A stretch of DNA of 30,085 bases from Gammaproteobacteria bacterium (GCA_019242385.1 JAFAVO010000238.1:1-30085); one strand, 5' to 3'; shown: positions 15,152-25,143, counted from the first letter of the stretch. Numbers and translations are program-made. The notes: generated by a model not told the origin, from the sequence alone.

Positions 15152-17857
15152 ATGCCGCAGCACTCAGCTCAGCAACGGGCGCAATCCGCGGCCGTCTGGA
15201 TCGTGACGCTCTGCCTCGCCGGCACCGCGGCGGCCGCGCCGCCGCCCGCCGCCCCTCCGGCCGAGCCGCCGGGTACCGTGCTGCGCGCCACGCTGGCCAA
15301 CGGCCTGCGCGTGGTGATCGTGCGCAACACGCTGGCGCCCGTGGTCGCAACCTCGGTGAATTACCTGGTCGGATCCGATGAGGCGCCAGAAGGCTTCCCC
15401 GGCACGGAGCACGCCGAGGAGCACATGATGTTCCGCGGCAGCCCGGGGCTCACCGCGGATCAGCTCGCCGACATCGGCAGCATCGTCGGCGGTGAGTTCA
15501 ACGCCAACACGCGCGAGGACCTGACGCAGTATCTGTTCACGGTCCCGGCGGAAGATCTGGATGTCGCGCTGCACATCGAGGCGCTGCGCATGCGTGCGGC
15601 GCTCAACACGCCCACCGAGTGGTCGCAGGAGCGCGGTGCCATCGAGCAGGAGGTGGCGCAGGATCTGTCGGAGCCCTCATATCTCCTGTTCGCGAAGCTG
15701 CGCGCGCATATGTTCGCGCGCACGCCCTACGAGCACGACGCGCTCGGCACCCGCCCGTCGTTCGAGAAAACCACGGCAGGGATGCTCCGGCGCTTCCACC
15801 AGACCTGGTACGCACCCAACAATGCGATCCTGGTCATCGCCGGGGATGTCGAGCTCGGTGCGACGCTCACACTCGTGCAGCAGCTGTTCGCCGACATCCC
15901 CGCAAAGAAGCTGCCGCCCAAGCCCGCCGTGCACCTGCGGCCGGTACAGCCGACCTCCTTCACCGTGGATACGGACCGGCCGAGCGGCACGCTCATGATC
16001 GCGCTGCGCACCCCCGGGCCACGCGATGCGGACTTCGCCGCGCTCGAGGTGCTGTCGGACGTGCTGAGCAGCCGGCGGTTCGATCTCTACGGGCTGGTTC
16101 CGCAGGGCCGCGCGCTGAGCGCCGAGTTCGGCGTCGATCCGCTGCCGCAGGCGGGTCTCGCCTATGCCGCACTCACCTTCACGAGTGCCGAGGACCCGAA
16201 GACCCTCGAGGCCGAGGTGCGGGCGATCCTGGCGCGCGTCGCCCGCGAGGGCGTGCCACCTGAGCTCGTGGCGGCGGCCAAGCTCCAGGAGCGCAGCGCC
16301 GCGCAGTTTCAGCGCAACTCGATCCCCGAGCTCGCGGCGGTCTGGTCGGATGCGCTCGCCCTCTACGGGCTCTCCTCACCTGATGAGGATCTCGCGCGCA
16401 TCGAGCAGGTGACCGTTGAGGATGTGAAGCGCGTCGCGCATCAGTACCTCGATCTCGACCACGCCGTGGTCGGCGTGATGAAGCCGCGCGGCTCGGGGCC
16501 GCCCGTGGCCGCGCGCGGAGGCTTCGGCGGACGCGAATCGATCTCACTCGGTGAAGCGCATCCGACCGCGCTTCCACCCTGGGCGGAGAAGGTGCTGCAG
16601 CGCCTGCAGGTCCCGGCATCGACGCTTCATCCCATCGTGACCACTTTCCCGAACGGTCTGACGCTCATCGTGCAGACCGCTGACGTGAGCGACACCGTCA
16701 GCGTCTTCGGGCACATCCGCAATCGACCCGAGACCCAGGAGAGCCCGGGCGAGGAAGGGGTGGCGCAGGTGCTCGATCGACTCCTCACTCATGGGAGCGA
16801 GCACCTCGACCGCATCGCCTTTCAGCAGGCGCTGGATGACATCGGCGCCCGGCAGCACCCGGGAACCGACTTTGCCGTGCAGACATTGAGCGAGCACTTC
16901 GAGCGCGGTGTCGAGCTGCTCGCCGATAACCAGCTGCATCCGGCGCTGCCGGAGAAAGCGCTCGAGGTCATCCGCGGCCAGGTGGCGCTCGCCGTCGCGG
17001 CGCGCAACGCCAGCCCCGCCTTCCTCACGCAGCGTTCCCTGCGCACCGCGCTCTACCCACCCGATGACCCGAGCCTGCGCCTGTCGACGCCCGAGACGGT
17101 GCGTGCGCTGACGCCGGCCGAGGTGCGTGGCTACTACACACGCGTGTTCCGGCCCGATCTCACCACCATCGTCGTCATCGGCAAGGTGGATCCGCAGGCT
17201 GCCCATGCGGTGATCGGCCGCTACTTCGGCAACTGGTCGGCGAGCGGGCCCAAGCCGCTCATCGATCTGCCGCCGGTCCCGGACAATCCGGCGACCACGG
17301 TCTCGGTGCCGGACGCGAGCCGGGTGCAGTCGCGCGTGGTGCTGGCGCAGAACCTGGCCCTCAAACGCTCCGATCCGGACTTCTATCCGCTCACGCTCGG
17401 CAACGCCGTGCTCGGCGGCAGCTTCTATTCAACCCGCCTCAGCATCGACCTGCGCAAGCGCGCCGGGCTCGTATATTCGGTGGAATCGGTGCTGCAGTCC
17501 GGCCGCACCCGCAGCGTGTACCTCGTCGAGTACGCGAGCGATCCCCAGAATGTCGCGCGAGCTGCCAACATGGTTGCGCAGGAGATCAGCAACATGCAGA
17601 CCGGACCTGCCGGCGCGGACGAGTTGCTGCGCGTCAAGGCCTTCCTGCTGCGGCAGATGCCACTGAGCGAAGCCAGCCTGGATGACATTGCCCGCGCACT
17701 GCTCATGCGCACCGATCTGGGGCTGCCGCTCGATGAGCCGAGGCATGCTGCGGAGCGTTACATCGCGCTCGATGCCGCAGCGGTACAGCAGGCCTTTCGC
17801 AAGTGGCTGCGGCCGCAGGACCTGGTGCGCGTCAGCATGGGGCCGCCACCCTCCTGA
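15152..17857 (+). CDS. Exported M16 zinc metallopeptidase (pitrilysin/PqqL-like, two-halved)
   Basis: Signal peptide from MPQHSAQQ, LANGLRV, inverted zinc motif HAEEH in EHAEEHMMFRGS, FNANT, ERGAIEQE. The second half lacks the motif. Confidence 0.88.
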   Translation: MPQHSAQQRAQSAAVWIVTLCLAGTAAAAPPPAAPPAEPPGTVLRATLANGLRVVIVRNTLAPVVATSVNYLVGSDEAPEGFPGTEHAEEHMMFRGSPGLTADQLADIGSIVGGEFNANTREDLTQYLFTVPAEDLDVALHIEALRMRAALNTPTEWSQERGAIEQEVAQDLSEPSYLLFAKLRAHMFARTPYEHDALGTRPSFEKTTAGMLRRFHQTWYAPNNAILVIAGDVELGATLTLVQQLFADIPAKKLPPKPAVHLRPVQPTSFTVDTDRPSGTLMIALRTPGPRDADFAALEVLSDVLSSRRFDLYGLVPQGRALSAEFGVDPLPQAGLAYAALTFTSAEDPKTLEAEVRAILARVAREGVPPELVAAAKLQERSAAQFQRNSIPELAAVWSDALALYGLSSPDEDLARIEQVTVEDVKRVAHQYLDLDHAVVGVMKPRGSGPPVAARGGFGGRESISLGEAHPTALPPWAEKVLQRLQVPASTLHPIVTTFPNGLTLIVQTADVSDTVSVFGHIRNRPETQESPGEEGVAQVLDRLLTHGSEHLDRIAFQQALDDIGARQHPGTDFAVQTLSEHFERGVELLADNQLHPALPEKALEVIRGQVALAVAARNASPAFLTQRSLRTALYPPDDPSLRLSTPETVRALTPAEVRGYYTRVFRPDLTTIVVIGKVDPQAAHAVIGRYFGNWSASGPKPLIDLPPVPDNPATTVSVPDASRVQSRVVLAQNLALKRSDPDFYPLTLGNAVLGGSFYSTRLSIDLRKRAGLVYSVESVLQSGRTRSVYLVEYASDPQNVARAANMVAQEISNMQTGPAGADELLRVKAFLLRQMPLSEASLDDIARALLMRTDLGLPLDEPRHAAERYIALDAAAVQQAFRKWLRPQDLVRVSMGPPPS

Positions 17858-18007
17858 GCGCGGCGAGCGCGCCCTCGGACTTAAGCAATGCGCACAGGCT
17901 GCGGCAGCGCGAGCGGCGACCGGGCAGCGTGCGAGGTGCATCGAGTACCATGAGCGGGCCATGCCCGCGGAGCGCTTCGATTTATGCACAAGGCCCTGAG
18001 GGGGTCG

Positions 18008-19738
18008 ATGTTCGCGGTGCGCTTCGCAGCGGCCGCGCTGGCGCTCCTCCCCGCATGCCTCGCACCTGCCGCGCCCGCATCCGCCACCGCGGCGGACCCG
18101 TGGTGGCGTCACGCGGTGATCTACGAGATCTACCCGCGCAGCTTTCAGGACTCGGACGGCGATGGCACCGGCGACCTCAAGGGCATCACGCAGCGGCTCG
18201 ACTATCTCGGGCAGCTCGGCGTCGATGCCATCTGGATCGCACCCTTCTATCCCTCACCGCAGGTGGACTTCGGTTACGACATCTCCGACTACGAGGCCAT
18301 CGATCCGCAGTACGGGACCATGGCGGACTTCGAGCGGCTGCTCGCCGAAGCTCGCCGGCGGCACATCCGCGTCATTCTGGACATGGTGCTCAATCACACC
18401 TCCGATCAGCATCCCTGGTTCCTCGATGCCGCGCGCTCGCGCAGCTCGCCACACCATGACTTCTATGTCTGGAGCGGCGGCAAGGGGGATGGCGCGGGCG
18501 GGCCGCGGCCGCCGAACAACTGGGTGAGCCTGTTTGGTGGCTCGGCCTGGCAGTTCGTGCCTGCGGTCGGCGAGTTCTACTACCACCGCTTCTACCGCCA
18601 GCAGCCCGATCTCAACTGGCGCAACCCTGCGGTCGAGCGCGCCATGTTCGCGGCCATGCGCTTCTGGCTCGATCGCGGAGTGGCCGGGTTCCGCCTGGAT
18701 GCCGTCACCGAGCTGTTCGAGGATGCGCAGTTGCGGGACGCACCGGTGCTCGGCGGGGTGAATGCTCAGGGCGATCCCAACCTGAGCGATGTCTACACCA
18801 AGAATCTGCCCGAGGTGCATGCGGTGATGCGCCGGCTGCGCGCCATGGTCGATGGCTATGCGGACGAGCGCGTGCTGATCGGCGAGACCTATCTCGAGAA
18901 GACCGCCGACCTGGACGCCTGGTACGGCGGCGCACAGCACGATGAGCTGCAGCTGCCGATGGATACCCTGGTGGGACTCGGCAGCCGGCTCGATGCCGAC
19001 ACCTTCCGCCGGCATCTCAGCGCGTCGCAAACCGAGCTGCACGGGTCGCAGCCGCTGGTGGTCTTCGACAATCACGACAACATCCGCAGCTGGGACCGCT
19101 ACGGCGACGGCGTGCATGATGCGCAGATCGCCCGCATCGTGGCGACGCTACTGCTGACGACGCGCGCCACGGCGCTCATGTATCAGGGCCAGGAGATCGG
19201 ACAACGCACAGCGACGCCGCGCCGGGTGGAGGACGTACGCGACCCACTCGGAGTCCGTGGCTGGCCGCGCGACAAGGGCCGCGATGGTGAGCGTACGCCC
19301 ATGCAATGGGATGCCTCCAACCCGCAGGCGGGATTCAGCACCAGTGCGCACACCTGGCTGCCGGTGACCTCGGACTACGCGCAAGTCAACGTGCAGCGCG
19401 AGAGCGCCGACCCCGACTCACTCCTCAACTGGTACCGCCGGCTGATCGCGTTGCGGCGGAGCAACGCGGCCTTGCGCAGCGGGCGCATGCTGATGCTGGA
19501 TGCTGCCAATCCGAGCGTGCTTTCCTTCGCGCGCGTGAGCGCCGCGGGCGAGGCGGTGATCGTCTCGCTCAACATGTCCGCACAGCCGCAGAGCGTGACG
19601 CTCGGACTTGCCCAAGCCGGGCTGCACGGTGCGCGGTTGCGGACGCTGCTCACGGATGCCGGCGCGCCGGCCGAGGGTGCCGCGGCCGACCGCCACACTC
19701 TCGCCCCATTTGCCAGCTGGGTCGCCGAGGTTCATTGA
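18008..19738 (+). CDS. Exported GH13 alpha-glucosidase/oligo-1,6-glucosidase-like enzyme
   Basis: YEIYPRSFQDS, DFGYDISDY, LDMVLNHTS, GFRLDAV (nucleophile Asp), IGE (acid/base Glu), DNHD, RDGERTPMQW. Ala-rich signal peptide. GAGG precedes ATG 18008; alternative start at 17984. Confidence 0.9.
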   Translation: MFAVRFAAAALALLPACLAPAAPASATAADPWWRHAVIYEIYPRSFQDSDGDGTGDLKGITQRLDYLGQLGVDAIWIAPFYPSPQVDFGYDISDYEAIDPQYGTMADFERLLAEARRRHIRVILDMVLNHTSDQHPWFLDAARSRSSPHHDFYVWSGGKGDGAGGPRPPNNWVSLFGGSAWQFVPAVGEFYYHRFYRQQPDLNWRNPAVERAMFAAMRFWLDRGVAGFRLDAVTELFEDAQLRDAPVLGGVNAQGDPNLSDVYTKNLPEVHAVMRRLRAMVDGYADERVLIGETYLEKTADLDAWYGGAQHDELQLPMDTLVGLGSRLDADTFRRHLSASQTELHGSQPLVVFDNHDNIRSWDRYGDGVHDAQIARIVATLLLTTRATALMYQGQEIGQRTATPRRVEDVRDPLGVRGWPRDKGRDGERTPMQWDASNPQAGFSTSAHTWLPVTSDYAQVNVQRESADPDSLLNWYRRLIALRRSNAALRSGRMLMLDAANPSVLSFARVSAAGEAVIVSLNMSAQPQSVTLGLAQAGLHGARLRTLLTDAGAPAEGAAADRHTLAPFASWVAEVH

Positions 19739-19746
19739 GGCGCCCC

Positions 19747-20442
19747 ATGGCAGCTGCGGCGCGCACCGAGGAACTCATCGAGCGGCACACCCTTGCCATC
19801 GAAGGCGGCCGCCAGGTATCGGCCCTGCTCAGCAGGCCCGCGAACGCACGTGCCTGTTATGTGCTGGCGCATGGCGCGGGTGCGGGCATGCAGCATCCCT
19901 TCATGAGCGCAGCGGCACTCGGACTCGCGCAGCGCGGCATCGCGACGCTGCGTTACCAGTTCCCCTACATGGAGCGGGGTTCGCGCCGGCCCGACCCGCC
20001 GCTCCTCTGTCATGCGACCGTGCGCGCGGCGGCGGCAGCCTGTGCACAGCTGATGCCCGCTTTGAAGCTCATCGCCGGCGGCCGCTCCTTCGGTGGCCGC
20101 ATGACCTCACAGGCCCAGGCGCTCGCGCCCCTTGCCAGCGTGCGCGGGCTCGCCTTCCTGGGCTTTCCGCTGCATCCCGCCGGCCGTCCCTCGGAGAGCC
20201 GTGCCGAGCATCTCGCACACGTGCGGATTCCCATGCTGTTCCTGCAGGGCACGCGCGATGCGCTCGCCGAGCGCGTGCGTATGGAGGCGGTGATCGCCCG
20301 TCTCGGCGCACGCGCCCATGTGCACTGGCTCGAGGATGCCGATCACGGCTTCCATGTGCCGGCACGCACCGGCCGTACCGATGCACAGCTGCGGGAGCTG
20401 CTGCTCGATGCGCTGTGTGCCTGGGTGGATGGACTGCCGTGA
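19747..20442 (+). CDS. Alpha/beta hydrolase-fold protein
   Basis: LAHGAGAGM, GGRSFGGR (G-x-S-x-G), FLGFPLHP, QGTRD (Asp), ADHGF (His). The stop overlaps the ligD start (GTGA). Confidence 0.85.
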   Translation: MAAAARTEELIERHTLAIEGGRQVSALLSRPANARACYVLAHGAGAGMQHPFMSAAALGLAQRGIATLRYQFPYMERGSRRPDPPLLCHATVRAAAAACAQLMPALKLIAGGRSFGGRMTSQAQALAPLASVRGLAFLGFPLHPAGRPSESRAEHLAHVRIPMLFLQGTRDALAERVRMEAVIARLGARAHVHWLEDADHGFHVPARTGRTDAQLRELLLDALCAWVDGLP

Positions 20443-23357
20443 GCCCGCGCGCTCTGGATCGCTACGCCGCCAAGCGCAGCTTCACGCGCACGCCCGAGCC
20501 CCCTGCGACGATGTCGGCAGAGCGGCACGGGCCGCTGCTCTTCGTGGTGCAGAAGCACGCGGCGCGCAGGCTGCACTACGATTTCCGTCTCGAGCTGGAT
20601 GGAGTGCTCAAGTCCTGGGCAGTCCCCAAGGGGCCTTCGCTCGACCCTGCGGACAAGCGCATGGCGGTGGAGGTGGAAGACCATCCCTTCGACTATGCCT
20701 CCTTCGAAGGAGTCATTCCCGAGAAGCAGTACGGCGCGGGTAACGTCGTCGTGTGGGATTGCGGCGTGTACTCCCCCGATGAGGATGCCGAGTACGCCTT
20801 CGCGGACCGGAAAACCGCGCAGGAGCGCCTGCGCACGGAGCTCGCCGCCGGCAAGCTGAGCTTTTTCCTCTGTGGAGAGAAGCTCAAGGGCTCATACACC
20901 CTGGTGAGAACTCGCACCGCGGATCAGTGGCTGCTCATCAAGCACAAGGACCGCTTCGCGCAACCGAACGACGTGCTGGCACGATCGCTGTCGGTGCTCT
21001 CCGCCGTGGGCCTCGATGAGCTCGACGCGGCGCACCCGCCTGAGCGTCTCGAGGCCGCACGGCTCGCACCGTACGGTCCCGCCGAACGCTTCCCTTCGCA
21101 ACTTGCGCCGATGCTCGCAGAGAGCGGTGACGGCGCGCACTCGAGCCCGGGCTGGAGCTACGAGCCCAAGCTCGATGGCTACCGCGTGATTGCCTTCGTC
21201 GAGGCCGGCCAGGTGCGCCTGCAGTCGCGTCGCGGCCTCGACCTGACAGCGTTTTTTCCGGAAATCACCGCGGAGCTCGCTGCTCACCCGGCAGAGCAGC
21301 TGATCGTGGACGGCGAGATCGTGGCGCTCGGTGCCGATGGGCGGCCGTCGTTCAATGCCCTGCAGAACCGGGCGCAGCTCAAGAGCGCGGCGGAAGTCGC
21401 CGCGGTACAGCGCACGACGCCGGTCGTGCTGGTGTGCTTCGACCTGCTGCACTTCGCCGGACTGAATCTGCGCAACGCCCCTTACCGCGACCGCCGCCGC
21501 TACCTGGCGCAGTGTCTGCTGCCCGGCGCGCACTTGCAGTTGGTCCATGCATCCGCCGATGCCGAGCAGTTGTATGAGGCCTCGCTCGCACTCGGCTTCG
21601 AGGGGCTCGTGGGCAAGCGCCTCGACAGCCCGTACCGTGAGGGTCGGCGTTCGAGCAACTGGCTGAAGCTCAAAGCCGCCGAATCCGCTGAGTTCCTGAT
21701 CGGAGGCTACACCCGCGGCAATGGCGCCCGCGCCCCGCTCGGCGCGCTGCTGCTCGGCTACCGCGAGGGTAGAGAGTTGCGCTATGCGGGGCACGTCGGT
21801 TCCGGACTCGATGACGCCAACATTGCAGCGCTGCTCGAGCGCAGCAGCAAGCTCAGGCGTGCCGTCTCTCCCTTCGCGGAGCGTCCGCCGCTGCACCGGC
21901 CGACGACCTGGCTCGATCCGCGTCTGGTCGCCGAAGTGACCTACAGCGAGTGGACGCCTGCGGGTGCGTTGCGCGCCCCCGTGTTCCTGCGGCTGCGCGA
22001 TGACATCGATCCGCGCCGCGTGACGCGGCCCGGCGGGCGCGCGGACGGCAGCGCGGCGCTGCGCAGTGCCGGCGCGAGCGCCGACGCATCGTCACGGAGC
22101 AAGACGACGTCGAACGGCAAGGCGCGGTCGAGCGGCAGCAGACCGCCCAGCGGCAAGGCACCGGCAACCGGCAAGGCACCGACAAGCGGCAAGGCGCGCT
22201 CGACCGGCAAGACCCGGCCGAGCCGCGGCGCCCGTGCCCCGGTCGCCAGGATGAGCACCCGAGAGCCCCAGATCGGGAGCGAGTCGCCGGTCGTCGAGGA
22301 GGTGTTGGAGCAGCTCGAGAATCCCGCCAAGTCCATCCACCTGAGAGTCGGTGACGCGCGCTTCGGTATCAGCAACCTCGACCGCATCTACTGGCCCGCA
22401 GCCGGTGCGCGCGCTGCCCCCATCACCAAGCGCGATTTCCTGCGCTATCTCGCACGCGTGGGCCGCTTCATGCTGCCGCACCTGATCGATCGGCCGCTCA
22501 CCATGATCCGCATGCCGGAAGGCATCCACGGTGAGCGCTTCTTCCAGAAGCACTGGTCGCAGTCGCTACCGGAGTTCGTCGAGACCGTCACGGTGTTCTC
22601 CGAGCACAAGGACGAGCAGCATCGCTACCTGCTGGCCAACAATCTGCCGACGCTGCTGTGGCTCGGGCAGGTGGGCACGCTGGAGTTTCACGTGTGGCAT
22701 TCGCGCGCGCAGCTCGCCCCGGAGGCGCAGGGTGCGAAGACCGATTACTCGAGCTCGCTCGAGGCGCTCGAGTCCTCGATCCTCAACTATCCCGACTACC
22801 TGGTGTTCGACATCGATCCCTACATCTATTCGGGCAAGGAGCCGCCCGGAGCCGAGCCCGAGCTCAACAAGCGCGGCTTCGCCGGCGGCAAGCGCGTCGC
22901 CTTCTGGCTGCGGGCACTGCTCAGAGAGATGTCGCTCGAGGCCATCGTGAAGACCTCCGGCAAGACCGGCCTCCACGTTTTCGTGCCCATCGTGCGCACC
23001 GTGAACTTCGATGAGGCACGGCAGATCTGCGAGATGGTCGGTCGCCATCTGATGCGCGAGCATCCGAAGGACATCACCATGGAATGGTCGGTCCCGAAGC
23101 GGACCGGCAAGATCTTCATCGACTACAACATGAACGTGCGGGGCAAGACGCTCAACGTGGCCTACTCCCCGCGCGGCGTTCCGGGCGCCCCGGTGTCCAT
23201 GCCGCTCACCTGGGAGGAGCTCGAGGGGGCCGAGCCGGGTGACTTTACAATCAACAACGTACCGGCACGCTTGGAAAAGAACGGCGACCGGTGGCATGAT
23301 GTACTCGAGTCAAAACAGAGCCTTACGAAGGCTTTCGGTGTCGACGGTGAGAAGTAG
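20439..23357 (+). CDS. ligD: NHEJ DNA ligase D (phosphoesterase-ligase-polymerase order)
   Basis: PE domain VQKHAARRLHYDFRLE...WAVPKGPS; ligase domain YEPKLDGYR and EGLVGK; polymerase domain VFDIDP, KTSGKTGLH, IDYNMNVRGKT. GTG start at 20439 overlaps the upstream stop. Confidence 0.95.
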   Translation: MSPRALDRYAAKRSFTRTPEPPATMSAERHGPLLFVVQKHAARRLHYDFRLELDGVLKSWAVPKGPSLDPADKRMAVEVEDHPFDYASFEGVIPEKQYGAGNVVVWDCGVYSPDEDAEYAFADRKTAQERLRTELAAGKLSFFLCGEKLKGSYTLVRTRTADQWLLIKHKDRFAQPNDVLARSLSVLSAVGLDELDAAHPPERLEAARLAPYGPAERFPSQLAPMLAESGDGAHSSPGWSYEPKLDGYRVIAFVEAGQVRLQSRRGLDLTAFFPEITAELAAHPAEQLIVDGEIVALGADGRPSFNALQNRAQLKSAAEVAAVQRTTPVVLVCFDLLHFAGLNLRNAPYRDRRRYLAQCLLPGAHLQLVHASADAEQLYEASLALGFEGLVGKRLDSPYREGRRSSNWLKLKAAESAEFLIGGYTRGNGARAPLGALLLGYREGRELRYAGHVGSGLDDANIAALLERSSKLRRAVSPFAERPPLHRPTTWLDPRLVAEVTYSEWTPAGALRAPVFLRLRDDIDPRRVTRPGGRADGSAALRSAGASADASSRSKTTSNGKARSSGSRPPSGKAPATGKAPTSGKARSTGKTRPSRGARAPVARMSTREPQIGSESPVVEEVLEQLENPAKSIHLRVGDARFGISNLDRIYWPAAGARAAPITKRDFLRYLARVGRFMLPHLIDRPLTMIRMPEGIHGERFFQKHWSQSLPEFVETVTVFSEHKDEQHRYLLANNLPTLLWLGQVGTLEFHVWHSRAQLAPEAQGAKTDYSSSLEALESSILNYPDYLVFDIDPYIYSGKEPPGAEPELNKRGFAGGKRVAFWLRALLREMSLEAIVKTSGKTGLHVFVPIVRTVNFDEARQICEMVGRHLMREHPKDITMEWSVPKRTGKIFIDYNMNVRGKTLNVAYSPRGVPGAPVSMPLTWEELEGAEPGDFTINNVPARLEKNGDRWHDVLESKQSLTKAFGVDGEK
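22115..22222 (+). repeat. Six degenerate 18-bp tandem repeats encoding (GK-A/T-P/R-x-S/T)n in the LigD linker
   Basis: Units: CGGCAAGGCGCGGTCGAG, CGGCAGCAGACCGCCCAG, CGGCAAGGCACCGGCAAC, CGGCAAGGCACCGACAAG, CGGCAAGGCGCGCTCGAC, CGGCAAGACCCGGCCGAG. Confidence 0.85.
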
Positions 23358-23387
23358 CTGAGCCCACGGTAGCTGGAAGGTGCAGTT

Positions 23388-24263
23388 ATGGCCGCTCGTT
23401 CCATTGGTTCACTGACCATCTCTTTCGGTCTGGTCGCAATCCCGGTGAAGCTCTACAGCGCGACGCAGTCCTCGAGTGCGGTCTCCTTCAACCTGCTGCA
23501 CCGGAAAGATGGCTCGCGACTGCGCCAGCAGTACGTGTGCCAGAAGGAAGGCGTGGTGGTCGAGCGTGACGAGATCATCCGCGGGTACGAGTTCGCCAAG
23601 GACCAGTACGTGCCTTTCACTGCCGAGGAGATCAAGGCGCTCGAGGAGGTCGGTACGCGCTCGGTGGAAATCTCCGAGTTCGTGCCCATCGAGTCCGTCG
23701 ATCCGGTCTTTTACGACCGGACTTATTACCTCGCGCCCGACAAGGGCGCAGGCAAGCCGTATGCGCTGCTCACCGAGGCGCTGCGGCAATCGAGCCGCTG
23801 CGGGGTCGGCCGCTGGGCCACCCGGGGCAAGGGTTACATCGTGATCCTGCGGCCCGTCGGCGACGTGCTGGCCATGCAGCAGTTGCACTACGCCGAGGAT
23901 GTGCGGCCGGCCAGCGACGTGGAGGTCCCCAAGCCCGAGGTGAAGGCAGCGGAGCTGAAGCTCGCGCAGCAGCTCATCGACCAACAGACCGCCGAGCGCT
24001 TCAACCCGAGCGAGTTCAAGGACGACACGCGCGCGCGCATCCATGCCGCGATCCAGAAGAAGGTGGAGGAAGGCACGGAGATCTCCGTGTCCGAGGTCGC
24101 ACCCGAGCGCGAGGGCAAGGTGGTCGATCTGATGGAAGCGCTGCGCGCCAGCCTGCAGCGGACCGAAGGCGCGCGCGAGCAGGTCGGCCGCCTCGGCCCG
24201 CGCAAGGCGCCGCGACGAGCCGAGGAGCCGGCGCGGGCCTCACGCAGGAAGCGCAACGCCTGA
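23388..24263 (+). CDS. ku: Prokaryotic Ku end-binding protein
   Basis: SIGSLTISFGLVAIPVKLYSA, IIRGYEFAKDQYV, YYLAPD, KPYALL, VVDLMEALRASL, basic C-terminal tail. Lies 30 nt after ligD. Confidence 0.95.
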   Translation: MAARSIGSLTISFGLVAIPVKLYSATQSSSAVSFNLLHRKDGSRLRQQYVCQKEGVVVERDEIIRGYEFAKDQYVPFTAEEIKALEEVGTRSVEISEFVPIESVDPVFYDRTYYLAPDKGAGKPYALLTEALRQSSRCGVGRWATRGKGYIVILRPVGDVLAMQQLHYAEDVRPASDVEVPKPEVKAAELKLAQQLIDQQTAERFNPSEFKDDTRARIHAAIQKKVEEGTEISVSEVAPEREGKVVDLMEALRASLQRTEGAREQVGRLGPRKAPRRAEEPARASRRKRNA

Positions 24264-24287
24264 GGCGGCGTGCCACAGGGAGAGGGG

Positions 24288-25124
24288 ATGCGCTCATACA
24301 GCATGCGGGACGTGCAGCGGGTCCTGCGGCTCTCGGCTGATACCACCCGCAATCTAATCAAGTCCGGCTTCGTCAAACCCGCGCGCGGTGCCCGGCGTGA
24401 GTATCGTTTCTCCTTCCAGGACCTGATCGTGCTGCGTACCGCGCGGGCGCTCATCGACGCGAAGATTCCCGCACGCCGCATCCGCCGCTCGCTCGAGAGC
24501 CTGCGGCGCGAGCTGCCCGAGTCGGTGCCACTCTCGGGACTCTCGATCAGCGCGGTCGGCGATCACGTGGTGGTGCGCGATGGGGAGGCGCAGCGGCAGG
24601 TCGACAGCGGCCAGTATCTCCTCGGACTCGATGTCAGTATGGAGAACGGCGTGTTGCGGGTGGTGGAACACCGCGAAGCGCTGCCAGCATCGCCGGCGCC
24701 ACCTGCGATGCGCGGCGACTGGTTCGCGCAGGCCCTCACCCTCGAGGGCAGCGATCCGGAGGCCGCGCTCGGCGCCTGGCGCCACGCGGTCGATCAAGAT
24801 ACCGACAATGCGGCGGCGTGGATCAACTGGGGGCGACTGTTGCACGAGCAGGGGCGCACCGAGCAGGCTGCAGAGGTCTACCGCTGCGCGCTGAGGCAGG
24901 TGGGTCCTGACCCGCTGCTGCTCTACAACCAGGGCGTGCTGCTCGAGGACCTGGGCCATCCTGCCGCCGCGCTCGAGGCATATCTGAACGCGCTCGCCGA
25001 GGATCCCGCGCTCGCCGACTGTCACTACAATCTCGCGCGGCTGTACGAGTCGCTCGGGCAGGCACAGAAGGCCATCCGCCACCTGGGTCAGTACCGGCGC
25101 CTCACGAGCGGCGACGCGCGCTGA
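24288..25124 (+). CDS. MerR-like HTH + tetratricopeptide-repeat protein
   Basis: N-terminal YSMRDVQRVLRLS...GFVKPARG...YRFSFQDLIVLR resembles a MerR HTH. The C-terminus has TPR motifs (AWINWGRLL, LLYNQGVLLED, CHYNLARLYE). ATG follows GAGGGG. Confidence 0.75.
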   Translation: MRSYSMRDVQRVLRLSADTTRNLIKSGFVKPARGARREYRFSFQDLIVLRTARALIDAKIPARRIRRSLESLRRELPESVPLSGLSISAVGDHVVVRDGEAQRQVDSGQYLLGLDVSMENGVLRVVEHREALPASPAPPAMRGDWFAQALTLEGSDPEAALGAWRHAVDQDTDNAAAWINWGRLLHEQGRTEQAAEVYRCALRQVGPDPLLLYNQGVLLEDLGHPAAALEAYLNALAEDPALADCHYNLARLYESLGQAQKAIRHLGQYRRLTSGDAR

Positions 25125-25143
25125 GCGCGTGCGGCTTCGCCCC

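Noticed and set aside
19608-20438. N-terminal extension of the 1249-aa ligD ORF
   Set aside because: It overlaps the GH13 and hydrolase genes in another frame and is low-information Arg/Pro/Ala sequence. LigD similarity starts at GTG 20439.
22115-22222. Possible CRISPR array or mobile-element repeat
   Set aside because: The units are contiguous, in-frame, degenerate and have no spacers; it is a coding tandem repeat inside ligD.
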